Below, piece after piece: positions 51,548 through 61,129 of a DNA stretch of 64,000 nt (the stretch's first letter is position 1; every line of letters begins with the position of its first letter). This stretch comes from Candidatus Latescibacterota bacterium (lineage in GTDB: Bacteria; Latescibacterota; UBA2968; SICM01), in NCBI GenBank assembly GCA_965217865.1, contig CBDCJO010000002.1:2304001-2368000 (forward strand), given 5' to 3'. The notes below the pieces were generated by a model that did not search any database, had not been told where the DNA came from, and saw only the letters and a program-made list of their open reading frames with translations. The position numbers and the translations under genes are program-made.

Positions 51548-51636
51548 AAGATGCCCTCCAGTCGTCAGCTTATTTGGCACTGATACGGTTCACATTTCCT
51601 TCTGTTCTGACCCTGGCCGACTGAGTTGAATGTAAG

Positions 51637-51785
51637 TTTTCTTCTGTATTCTGTATTCCGGGGGGGATAGGTGGAAGGGGCATTCTTCCCCGTCTCACGG
51701 TTCACGGTTTTTCTTTTCCCTGACCCCCGACTTCTGACCTCTGGGTTTTCCCGACCCCTGGCACCTGACATCCGAGCCCTTTCCC
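51637..51785. repeat. Intergenic repeat mosaic
   Basis: (tattctg)n, tctcacg/ttcacg, ctgaccc-ccgactt-ctgacct. Confidence 0.85.
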
Positions 51786-52973
51786 TTACCCTCCTCTCGG
51801 GTAATTATACTTCTCCCCGGCCTCCGGCACTTCCAGCTTCGGACCATACGGTCCCTTATAGCTCCTTGTCCACCGGCTGCCACCCACAAACGGCCAACCC
51901 CTCGCTTCATCGTCGTATTTCTTGGCGTCGAACGAGGTGAACAAAGTCCTGTCCGACAGTTCCACCGTGTTGGGCTGATGAAGGCCGTCCGAGATCGGGA
52001 TGTCATCTCGGATGACGACCTCCCCGGTCCAGGTCTTGCCGTAATCAAGGGTAAACCTTGCCCGCACCCCGAAGGGCGGATCGAAGCGTCGCTGATAGGT
52101 ACACAGGACGGTCCCGTCCCGGAGGAGCGTCACCCTCGGGTGCTTTGCTCGCACGGGCGTCTCAAGCGGTTCGGTCCACGTCTGTCCCCCGTCCGAGGAC
52201 CACACGCTGTAAGCGAAGTGTCCCATCTGGGTGCGGAGCATGCAAAAGATCCTGCCATCCCCGTGCACGACGTGGTAATTCTCTCCGAACCCTCTCGCCG
52301 TAGGACCGAATCGTCCATCCGCAATCTGGATCAATTCCCACTTCCTTCCCCCATCCGTAGACCGCACACACCACGCATGGCTCAATCCTCCCAGTTCACT
52401 GGATTTGGACAATCCCTCCGGTTTATAGCCATATGCGAAATTGATGAGTGACCCGTCGTCGAGCATATGTAGAGCCTCCATCGAGAACCGGGCGAAAAAG
52501 GGCAGCTTCTCGTGGAGCCGATCTTCCTTCCATGTCTGTCCCCCATCCGTCGAATGCCTGACGACCATGCCATAATTGACGGCGCAATAATCGTGTTTCT
52601 CCCCCAGGTCCCATACGTAGTACCCTTCCGCCCTCAGCCGGTCGATCTCTGATCGGGGATATCGCTCCCAACCGTACGTGACAGTCTCTATGATTGTTCC
52701 GTCCGCCAGGACGCGACGGTTCTCCAGAGGCGGTCCGGGCCATGGATCGTCCGTGATCTCCCACGTGAAACCACCGTCCTTCGACAACAACAAAACATGC
52801 GTGGCCTGCGCGGCCCATGCATCCGTCGTCTCCGCTTCATCAAAACTGATCATAACGGGACTCCAGAGGAAGTCATTTTCGTCACAGTACAGGTTGCCCT
52901 GGCCCAGGGCTTCGTACTGTGGACTCCGCAGGATATCCACATCGATTTTCCACGACTTTGATGGATCCAACAT
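51786..52973 (-). CDS. Asp-box propeller paralog G, intact, more divergent
   Basis: MLDPSKSWKID start after GGAGG; Asp boxes; GGSRWTRSYKGPYGPKLEVP tail. Confidence 0.88.
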   Translation of the reverse strand: MLDPSKSWKIDVDILRSPQYEALGQGNLYCDENDFLWSPVMISFDEAETTDAWAAQATHVLLLSKDGGFTWEITDDPWPGPPLENRRVLADGTIIETVTYGWERYPRSEIDRLRAEGYYVWDLGEKHDYCAVNYGMVVRHSTDGGQTWKEDRLHEKLPFFARFSMEALHMLDDGSLINFAYGYKPEGLSKSSELGGLSHAWCVRSTDGGRKWELIQIADGRFGPTARGFGENYHVVHGDGRIFCMLRTQMGHFAYSVWSSDGGQTWTEPLETPVRAKHPRVTLLRDGTVLCTYQRRFDPPFGVRARFTLDYGKTWTGEVVIRDDIPISDGLHQPNTVELSDRTLFTSFDAKKYDDEARGWPFVGGSRWTRSYKGPYGPKLEVPEAGEKYNYPRGG

Positions 52974-53011
52974 GAAACCTCCCATAGTCAGTCCGATTGA
53001 CTCCGGTTTAG

Positions 53012-53120
53012 GTCTTCTTCTGTATTCTGTATTCTCCGATCCTGCACCCTGCCTCTCCCCTTTGCGGTTTGCCGTCTGCCGTTTCACGGCTTTTCTTTCC
53101 CTGACCTCCGACTTCTAACC
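53012..53120. repeat. Intergenic repeat mosaic
   Basis: (tattctg)n, (tttgccg/tctgccg)n, ctgacct-ccgactt-ctaacct. Confidence 0.85.
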
Positions 53121-53987
53121 TCAAGTTCCTTTATCCGTTAACCACCGCAAGTGTTCTTCGTGGGAAATCTCGGCAAGTCGGAAATTCTCCTCGGTGATGC
53201 TGAGATAGCGCGAAACCTCGCGGTAACCCCTGATGAACGTTTCGGCGTATCCGATTCTCGCCTTCCATCCCTGATATCCGACGGCGGATTCGACTCGCTT
53301 TTCCGCAAATTCGGGTGTATGCCCCTGGGATTCGAAAAGCATCTCCGCTTTTTTCCGGCTGGCCACCTGGTCCGCAATATCGATGCATATATCAGCTTCA
53401 TGATATGCATAGTCATTGGCCAGGTAGTAAATGGCGGCCACTCTATGAGGAGCCTGGCCACCCTTCGGGTCCGGAATGTCGACACGTTGCATGGCCTTCT
53501 GAACCGCGATGCCGGTCGCCGTATGATCGTTTGCCCACGCAAGGTTGAATCGCCGGTCCGGCAGCGTGTAAGGTGCGTGCGTCAACACCATCTGCGGTCG
53601 AACCTCGTACAGGGTCTCCGCCAGGGCTTCTACGACCTGGTCAGTCACCTCCAGGGGATTGTCGGAAAACGGCAGGATTCTCACATCTTTTACCCCGAAG
53701 ACCGCACAAACCTCCTTTAGCTGCCCAGCCTTGCTCTTTGCGTATTCCTCCTGGGATTCCTCGACGACCGCCATATCTCTCTGCTCGGACACCTTGCGCA
53801 TCTCATCGGCGAGTTTCTCGTTGTGGGTGGTAAGGCCTCCCGTGACTGCGACCACCGTGACGCTGTCCCCCCGTTCCACGTGATGAGCGCACGTGCCTCC
53901 CATGTGACAAAGGTCGTGCGGATGGGCGACGACGGCAAGAATCCGGATGTTTCTTGATTCCACTGACATGAAAGAATCCCCTATCAT
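53121..53987 (-). CDS. PIG-L/LmbE-family deacetylase
   Basis: ILAVVAHPHD, MGGT, NDH, FESQ, YAETF. Confidence 0.85.
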   Translation of the reverse strand: MIGDSFMSVESRNIRILAVVAHPHDLCHMGGTCAHHVERGDSVTVVAVTGGLTTHNEKLADEMRKVSEQRDMAVVEESQEEYAKSKAGQLKEVCAVFGVKDVRILPFSDNPLEVTDQVVEALAETLYEVRPQMVLTHAPYTLPDRRFNLAWANDHTATGIAVQKAMQRVDIPDPKGGQAPHRVAAIYYLANDYAYHEADICIDIADQVASRKKAEMLFESQGHTPEFAEKRVESAVGYQGWKARIGYAETFIRGYREVSRYLSITEENFRLAEISHEEHLRWLTDKGT

Positions 53988-54041
53988 CGACGGAGTATAT
54001 GTAGAAAGTTGACTCAGTAACTTGGAACTATCTTTTCCCTT

Positions 54042-55285
54042 TCACCCTTCGTCGGTCCCGCTACCCTGGGTCAACTCTCGACGGAAAGTCGGAAAATACC
54101 TGTAGCCCTCGAGCGATACGGTCTTACCAGGCTTTGCCCAGGGAATGTCCAGCCCCGAAAAGAGGGCCGCCTTCTCGAATGCCAGCATAACCGCGTCAGT
54201 CATGCCGTCTACGGAGATCCTGCCCGTCGAGGAATCCTCCCGCAGCAGGTTTCCCGAAAGGTCATGAATCTCGGATGACTCGAAAGTCCCGCAGGCACAA
54301 AGCGTTTGTGCCCGCGTGATATCTATCGGACAGGACAAGGAATCCTTTTTCCCAAGAAGCACCAGGGCAAGATCTTCTGCAACCCGGGGTTCCTCCTCTT
54401 CGGCCTGGGAACGCTGTTCGGAGCTTCCGGTCCGCACGACCGTGGTCCAGGATCCGTGAGTCCATTCCACCTGAGCCTGTTCCCCTTCCACGACGATCAG
54501 CGGATCGGTTTCCCGTTCGGTGCAGTGACTCGCGGTAAAGAACACCTCCACGCCCTCTTCCGTCTGAGCCCGAAAAGCCACAGTATCGGCTGATGCAATC
54601 GGATTTGCCCGGTAGAGCTCTGCCTGGATAAGGGTCGGATTGAGGGACGCCCCTTGTCGGCGGCAGCCCAGATAGCACAGGTCATTCACCATGTGTGCCA
54701 GGGCATTGTTGTGCGGGCTGTCCAGGATCCAGTTATCTCCAACCCTCAGACATCCCGCCCAGTCGTTCCGGTTGTAATATTCGCGATCGCGAGAGCCAGC
54801 AGGCATAGCCTTTAACCCTCTTGATCGTCCCCAGCCGTCCCTGGCAAACCTGGTCCTTGATCCTCTGGACATCCGGCCGACAGAGGTGCTGGTATCCTAC
54901 CGCGCAGAGCCGGCCCGACTCGTCTCGGGCCCGGATCATGTCGTCCACATCCTGGATGGAACCCGCCGCAGGCTTCTCGACGAGCACGTGAGTTCCCGCT
55001 TTGAGGGCTGCCACCGTCATCGGATGATGAAGATGGATCCCGGTTGGGATGCACGTCACATCGATTCGGTCCACTGCCTTTTGGAGCATCTCCTCGAGTG
55101 ACGAATAAACCCCTCCCGACCCGCTCAAATCTTTTTACCTCCTCTGCATAGCGCTTTCGGTCCGCGGGAATCGCCACCTGTGCCACGTGTCTTCCAAGCC
55201 CGGTCCTCTCCAGCCGCCGGACATATTCGATATGGGCGCGCGCGAAGCCCCCCATTCCCACCACAGCGAAGCCCGGGACCTTCAC
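54042..55285 (-). CDS. Gfo/Idh/MocA oxidoreductase, two 1-nt frameshifts
   Basis: VVGMGGFA, HVLVEKP, AVGYQ, NNALAH; extra bases at ~55133 (T5 run on the + strand) and ~54794. Confidence 0.82.
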
Positions 55286-56085
55286 GATTTACTCCCATTG
55301 CCATCGGCCTTCCATCTGCGCGCAAAGTCGTTGAACTTCATGAATTCCATTCCCCTTTTTTTGACCTCGGACAGAAATGCGGACACCTGCATGCACTCCG
55401 GGTCAAACCGCCGGAGAGACCAGGGGTGCATCGTTGGACCATAGTAGGGCATGGATCCGGATACGGCCGTTTCAACATCCGAGATAAAAGGCGCCATCCA
55501 CCCTTCGATGTTCCGGGGCGCCTCCGAACTCAAGGGTTGTGAAGGGGACTGCCAGGGGTGGACCCGGGTAAACAGATTTTCGTGCCAGCCGTGAATGGGG
55601 ATCTCCAACAGTCCCGGGAATCCTTCTTCCCTATAGTCAAAGGGGGGAATCACGGGGGCGGGCATGGTTTGTCCCGGTCCCCAGCCCTGGGAGCTGACAT
55701 ACGCAAATCCCATTTCGGCAAAAACGGAGAGCCGCTCCCGATCTCCGCGATACCCAGCCGTTGTCCCCCCCGGCGTGCGGAATCCCACAGGCGCACACCC
55801 GAATACCTCCCCCAACAGATCCTGCGTCCGCCGAAGCTGGTCCCGAACCTCCCCAAGGGGCATCGACTCGATATGACGATGCATATAAGTGTGCGAAGCC
55901 ACCTCGAACAGGTCGTCGTCCAGCAGATCCTTCAGCTCCTCCCGATTGTGCTCCACGAGAATGCCTACGAGGAAGAACGTCGCCGGGATTTCCTGCCTTC
56001 GGTGAATCCCCACCAGGCTGCGAACCGCTTCCACACACATCGGTTGTTCGGTATCGTAACCGGCCAGATATACCGGAGTCATCAT
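55282..56085 (-). CDS. Polysaccharide deacetylase (CE4-like)
   Basis: GYDTE, PATFF, ASHTYMH, GFRTPGG, MHPW. Confidence 0.88.
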   Translation of the reverse strand: MMTPVYLAGYDTEQPMCVEAVRSLVGIHRRQEIPATFFLVGILVEHNREELKDLLDDDLFEVASHTYMHRHIESMPLGEVRDQLRRTQDLLGEVFGCAPVGFRTPGGTTAGYRGDRERLSVFAEMGFAYVSSQGWGPGQTMPAPVIPPFDYREEGFPGLLEIPIHGWHENLFTRVHPWQSPSQPLSSEAPRNIEGWMAPFISDVETAVSGSMPYYGPTMHPWSLRRFDPECMQVSAFLSEVKKRGMEFMKFNDFARRWKADGNGSKS

Positions 56086-56107
56086 CTATCTCCATTCTAT
56101 GTTAGAA

Positions 56108-58480
56108 TCAATGCATTATGACCGGGGAAGCCGAAAAGACTTCAAGTTGGTTTCTCAGCTTCAGGACGGCATGATCCCAGCTCGACTGATCCCCGCCCAC
56201 CGGACAGACCGTGTCAAAATTGAAGTTCCTCATCAGATGATCCGAAAGAATCCGGAGCCGATCCCAAGTCCCTTCCAGTCCCTTGGCGAACCCCACCTCA
56301 TTTGAGTCGTTAGAGAGCAATTCGTGGTAGCTGGATATCAGTTCTGAAAATAACTCTCCGACCTGCAAGCACTTTTCCAGATAGACCAGATCTTCTCGGA
56401 CGCTCGGTTTCAAATCAGGTGCACTCAGGGCCTCTCCCACCCTTTGTCGACCGCGTCCCGTGACCCGGGCATAAAGTCCCCATACATGACTCAGCCTCCT
56501 CTGCCAATCCCCGTAGGTAATCCCGAGGTCCGTTACGGTCGCCTGAGGCTTTGAATCGGGAGACGACGGATTCCAGTGGTTCTCGTCCAGAGCCAGAATC
56601 CTCCAGAGGATGGACAGCGGGAACAGCTTGTCAGGAAGCACGGGGGCCAGCGATTCGCCGTTGGAACGGGGCTGGCACACGTAGTCGGAAAAGAACGAGT
56701 ACATTGCTCTTCCAGCCTGCCCGCCGTAGATCTGCCGACACGCCTCCCCGAGAAAGCCATCCTCCGAGCAGATCGATTCAGGCATATTCTCATACTTCAT
56801 GAGGGCCTCCCAGGCTTCGGTGCAGTCCTCATGCGTATCTGGCATCAGAGACCCGGGCGCCCGAACATTCCACGCGAACTCTGCGTTCAGCAATTGAAGA
56901 GGTTCCTGGTTAAGCCCCCCGTTGAAGTGATACAGCGAAGTCCCCCCCTCGAACATTCCGCTCATGATGGACGTAGCCACAAAAGGGTAATTGAACGAGT
57001 GCCACGAATACTGATCTGCTCCGCCCAGGAAGAAAATGAAAGTCTTCGAATTTAGCCCTCGGGACTCGAGCCTCTCCTTATAGGCGTCCACCCACCTCTG
57101 ATTCGTGGACTTGCGCGGAAAGATTTCACGAAAGCCGATCTGAATATTCGGGTGATCAGGCAGAAGGGACACCACGTTGGACCACAGGTCCAGGACCCGA
57201 CCCCAGTCGTCCTCCGAATCCGATTCCACGGCATACGCAGGCGAAATCGGGATAACCGTACAATCCCTGGATGCGTCGTAACCGGTTTCGGAGTTCCGGA
57301 CGCCAAAGATCGCCTCGACCAGAACGCGACACCCGTGAGCAATCGCACCTGCGCCTCCGTCCGATTCCGCAAAATCATCGTTTGGCCAGCGACTCCTGCA
57401 TTCGGGACAGCGCTCCAGCCACCGCTCCTGTGCGCGTTCGAAGAGCCCCATGTCCTCGAAGTGAATGTAGAGTGCGCCGGGCTCGACGGACCGGACGAAA
57501 GTCGACATCTCCGTTGACTTGATCAGATTCAAGGCTTCATTTGACCGGCACGTCCCGAGCATAGGATGCTCCGGGGTGCGCACCTCCCCGAAGCAGGGAT
57601 AGATCTGTCCCCGGGGATACGCCTCCCGATTGTAATGTACCCGGCCGATGTTGTGTTCAGGCTGCACCTTGGCCGGGTCATAGTTGGCCCCGAAGCCTGA
57701 AAAGACCAGCTTGATCCCCCTGTCACGGGCATAGCCGTTGAGGTCCCTCATCATACCGGCGTACCCCGGGAACTTCTCACTGTTCCATCCGAACCCGTCG
57801 AAGAAGACCATGTTGATCTTATACCGCAGGCAGAAATCCAGCTGTCGTTTGATGCGCCGAACGAATGCCTTCTTCCCATCCCCCCAGTCATATGCCCATC
57901 GGTTGATTTCCGCTCTCAGGAGCCAGTCGGCGGATGCCCGATACGGGAAATCCGGATAGTCCCGCACGTGCGCCTCCTGAATCCTCAGTCCCTTTTCAGA
58001 CGGCTCTAGAAGCTGTAGAAGCGTCGCTGCAGCGTAGAGCATACCCTGCGGACCGGCCGCCACCATCCAGACCTCACCCCGATCGGGCAGCGTTCGGATC
58101 ACGTAATCCTGTTCAATCCCTTTTGAATCGTCCAGGACCTTCCGGTCTTCGGGATCGAGAATCCGGGCGACCCTGTCCTTCAAACCTGACGGCCGACTCC
58201 AATCGATCAGATGGATCCCGGGCGAAGTCTCCCCCACCGGCTCAAACACGAACTCCTTCCTCAGAATCGGCCTTCCACCCATCTCCCATTCGACCTCGTC
58301 TGCGATCCATTCGACGGCGAGCTGCTCCTTCTTCGAAACCCCTTTGGAGAGTCGAAGCGGAAAGGATGGACCCTCCAACGGGACCTCGATATACCTTTTT
58401 CCCCAGGTTTGAAAGTGAGGGAAGGGAATGATACGAGGAGGGTTGTGTGTAGGAGAGGGGGTATTGGATGCGTGCTCCAT
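56108..58480 (-). CDS. Glycoside hydrolase with GH20-type zincin-like N-domain and GH20/GH84-like barrel
   Basis: IIPFP, DYVI...GPQGMLYAAATLLQL...RDYPDFPYR, YKINM, IHFED, AEFAWN. Confidence 0.7.
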   Translation of the reverse strand: MEHASNTPSPTHNPPRIIPFPHFQTWGKRYIEVPLEGPSFPLRLSKGVSKKEQLAVEWIADEVEWEMGGRPILRKEFVFEPVGETSPGIHLIDWSRPSGLKDRVARILDPEDRKVLDDSKGIEQDYVIRTLPDRGEVWMVAAGPQGMLYAAATLLQLLEPSEKGLRIQEAHVRDYPDFPYRASADWLLRAEINRWAYDWGDGKKAFVRRIKRQLDFCLRYKINMVFFDGFGWNSEKFPGYAGMMRDLNGYARDRGIKLVFSGFGANYDPAKVQPEHNIGRVHYNREAYPRGQIYPCFGEVRTPEHPMLGTCRSNEALNLIKSTEMSTFVRSVEPGALYIHFEDMGLFERAQERWLERCPECRSRWPNDDFAESDGGAGAIAHGCRVLVEAIFGVRNSETGYDASRDCTVIPISPAYAVESDSEDDWGRVLDLWSNVVSLLPDHPNIQIGFREIFPRKSTNQRWVDAYKERLESRGLNSKTFIFFLGGADQYSWHSFNYPFVATSIMSGMFEGGTSLYHFNGGLNQEPLQLLNAEFAWNVRAPGSLMPDTHEDCTEAWEALMKYENMPESICSEDGFLGEACRQIYGGQAGRAMYSFFSDYVCQPRSNGESLAPVLPDKLFPLSILWRILALDENHWNPSSPDSKPQATVTDLGITYGDWQRRLSHVWGLYARVTGRGRQRVGEALSAPDLKPSVREDLVYLEKCLQVGELFSELISSYHELLSNDSNEVGFAKGLEGTWDRLRILSDHLMRNFNFDTVCPVGGDQSSWDHAVLKLRNQLEVFSASPVIMH

Positions 58481-58596
58481 TCAGAGGCTCGAGAGCGAAG
58501 ACCCGGTAGTGGAGGTTGGAGCTAGGCATCTACCCCGACCCCTGACCCACAATCCCGGATGGTGTGAACTGAGGTTAATCCGGTACGCTTGGGCGA

Positions 58597-61044
58597 TCAC
58601 GAGAATTTTCGAGCACGCGCTTCGCGCAGGACCACAGGCCCCATCAGACCCGACGACAACTGGAGCCCGTCGTAGTGGTTTGCCATCGTGTTCGTCACGC
58701 GGATCTCGAGGTGGTTTGCGCCCGGACGGCACGCTTTCGAGATCTCCAGAACATGCGGCGCCCAGGGGAGCACACCGATGGGATTGTCGTTCAGCCACAC
58801 CTCGGCGATATTCCCGACCCGTCCAAGGTCCAGAAATAAAGAATCCGTCCCTTTGGGCCGTTCAAACTCGGTCGCGAACCGGAGCGTCCCTGAAAATATC
58901 TCCCACTCCCGGATCTGAGCCCAATCCCCGGGACACGGTACCGCGATCGCTTTGCCCGAGGCATCCATCGCTTTCCACGGTCCCGGAATTTCCGCGACCA
59001 CCTCACCGGCTACCGGAGGAAGCGATACTTCAGGGTCCGGCTCTCCTGAGGGATCCACGGCCAGGACCAGCCCCTGACGCCGATCCAGGCGTAAATGCGT
59101 ATGCATTCGCCCCTCTCCCAACCGTGCCGGCCACGGCCGTTGACTTCCGTCCATCGGGTCCCAGAGCTCCAGCGAACCCGTACTCCGGAGCGATAAGTCG
59201 CTTTCCAGGGCCTCCTCCCCTTCGTTCACCAGAAGGTAGAGCTCCTGACCCGCCTTGCGATAATGGAAGACACGAAGGTCCGGCACGTTCGGCCAGTCCA
59301 CGTCACGGCCGAGAGCAGAGGCGATCTGGTCGCACAAATCCTCGGGCTTCCAGGATTCCAGCACAAGTCCGCCCGCATCTCGAAACGACTTCAATTTGGC
59401 CTGTTCAGCCTCCCCGGCGACATCCGGCGGATCGCACACCACCGCTCGAAAACGCTGCTCCCCGAAAACCAGCCGGCCGTCCTCGATTCGAGCCTCGCCG
59501 AGCGTCACGTCGTCCACAAACACGAAATCGATCTGATCCTGTGTCATAACCTTCGCCGCATTCCAGGCCATGTGGTTGGGCTCCGTCAAAACCGCCACAT
59601 CGCACACCTCAACACCGTCCGTGATCAGGAAGGAAGCCCGGCGGATATAGTCCCCGATCACGTTAAAATAGGGCCACCAGACATTATGAACCCCGATGTC
59701 CGGTTCGCTCTCAAAAGCCCGGCGTCCTCGGATCGAGTAGAAACACGCGTGAAGCATATACAGGTTGTTCCCCCGGCTCAGGTGCCAGTCCAGGAGCCAT
59801 TTGGTCTCGTCCAGGGTCAACCGCCAGCCGTAGGCCCCCATCGCTTCGGTCCCGTTCCTGCGGCGCCCCCCCACGATCGCAGCGCTGCTGGCGGCCTTGG
59901 CCGCGAGACTGTGGCCCCCTTCCAGGGCTGTCGACTTCCCCGGTTCGACATATCGCCACACCATATCCTGCCCCGGCCACTGGAAGTGCCGCAGGGCTCC
60001 CATCTCGTTGCTCTCCTCCGGATGTCCGGTCAATGCGATCCCGTGCGCTTCGCACCACCTGCTCTGCCCCGCATAAAAGACCTCCTCGATCCGATCGTGC
60101 CAGGCACGGTTGTAGACGGATCGAAACGCCTCCGTTCGCAGGCCGCAGTCAATCCACAACGCGGGCAGCCAGGTTTTCACATCGCCTTCCCACACCCGCT
60201 CCACATCCTCCAAAAAACCCTCGGTGAAGGGCTTTGGATGGGGACCCCGCTTCGGGGCCCTCCCCAGCGGGTTCGGTTCGTCTGTGAACATGGCCAGGAT
60301 CGTCGTCCCGAAGTATTCTTTGAGATGTTCATAATAGGCGTCGTGAGTGAGACGAATGAAACACCCCACCGCTTCAGGATCCATCAGCGAACCGGCCGCA
60401 GGCGCATTGGCATGCCTGTCATCCTCCTCGTCGAACAATCCCCGGATGGTCCCACCGCTGTAAACATTCCAACAGGCCACAAGTCGCCATGTCCCCTCCG
60501 GGACCTCGTAACGCACCAGGCCCGGCCCCTCAGGGGACAATAGGGTCAGGCTGTCGGGATCGAGGACATTCTCTTTTATCTCCCGTCCCTGGACAACACA
60601 CACCAGCCGGTCCTGCATCGCCCTGCCTGGATTCGGGCGCCAGTAGCCTTTCGCTGGTCCGGTGACCCGATGCTCCTGGGGGATCAGGCATCGTGCCGCG
60701 TATTCCGGGTTCTCCGCAACCACTCGGCCTTGCGCAGAGCCTGAGGGATAGCACCCTTCATCATACAGAATCACCTTCATGCCCAGCCGGTCCGCCTCCT
60801 CAACCACGAGCCTCGTCAGGCGAAAGTACTCCTCTGTGAGATATCCCACCCGTCGGGACAGCCCGATCCGGGAATGGATCAGAAATCCGCCAAACCCCTT
60901 GGCGTGGAACTCATGGATCTGTCGAAGCAGTTCTTCGTCCTCCAGATCATCGTTCCAGAACCAGAACGGGAGCACCCCGAACTCCCTAGGGGGATCGGCA
61001 AACACCTGACCCAACGTATTTTTATCCACCCTCACCATTTTCAA
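58597..61044 (-). CDS. GH106-like glycoside hydrolase
   Basis: FADPP...PFWFWND, LYDEGCYPSGSA, FTDEP, LTGH, GTEAMG; C-terminal LDLG.V.NIAEV.LN. Confidence 0.8.
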   Translation of the reverse strand: MKMVRVDKNTLGQVFADPPREFGVLPFWFWNDDLEDEELLRQIHEFHAKGFGGFLIHSRIGLSRRVGYLTEEYFRLTRLVVEEADRLGMKVILYDEGCYPSGSAQGRVVAENPEYAARCLIPQEHRVTGPAKGYWRPNPGRAMQDRLVCVVQGREIKENVLDPDSLTLLSPEGPGLVRYEVPEGTWRLVACWNVYSGGTIRGLFDEEDDRHANAPAAGSLMDPEAVGCFIRLTHDAYYEHLKEYFGTTILAMFTDEPNPLGRAPKRGPHPKPFTEGFLEDVERVWEGDVKTWLPALWIDCGLRTEAFRSVYNRAWHDRIEEVFYAGQSRWCEAHGIALTGHPEESNEMGALRHFQWPGQDMVWRYVEPGKSTALEGGHSLAAKAASSAAIVGGRRRNGTEAMGAYGWRLTLDETKWLLDWHLSRGNNLYMLHACFYSIRGRRAFESEPDIGVHNVWWPYFNVIGDYIRRASFLITDGVEVCDVAVLTEPNHMAWNAAKVMTQDQIDFVFVDDVTLGEARIEDGRLVFGEQRFRAVVCDPPDVAGEAEQAKLKSFRDAGGLVLESWKPEDLCDQIASALGRDVDWPNVPDLRVFHYRKAGQELYLLVNEGEEALESDLSLRSTGSLELWDPMDGSQRPWPARLGEGRMHTHLRLDRRQGLVLAVDPSGEPDPEVSLPPVAGEVVAEIPGPWKAMDASGKAIAVPCPGDWAQIREWEIFSGTLRFATEFERPKGTDSLFLDLGRVGNIAEVWLNDNPIGVLPWAPHVLEISKACRPGANHLEIRVTNTMANHYDGLQLSSGLMGPVVLREARARKFS

Positions 61045-61129
61045 TTCCCTCTATGAAAAAGTTTCCATGTCTCTTCTATCCTTTTCAGATCTGAATTCAA
61101 ATGCCTGGAATTGAAATCTGTTTGCTTCA

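Noticed and set aside
28038-52973. Diversity-generating retroelement behind propeller variation
   Set aside because: No reverse transcriptase or non-coding template repeat in the window; variation is spread over several loops and includes indels.
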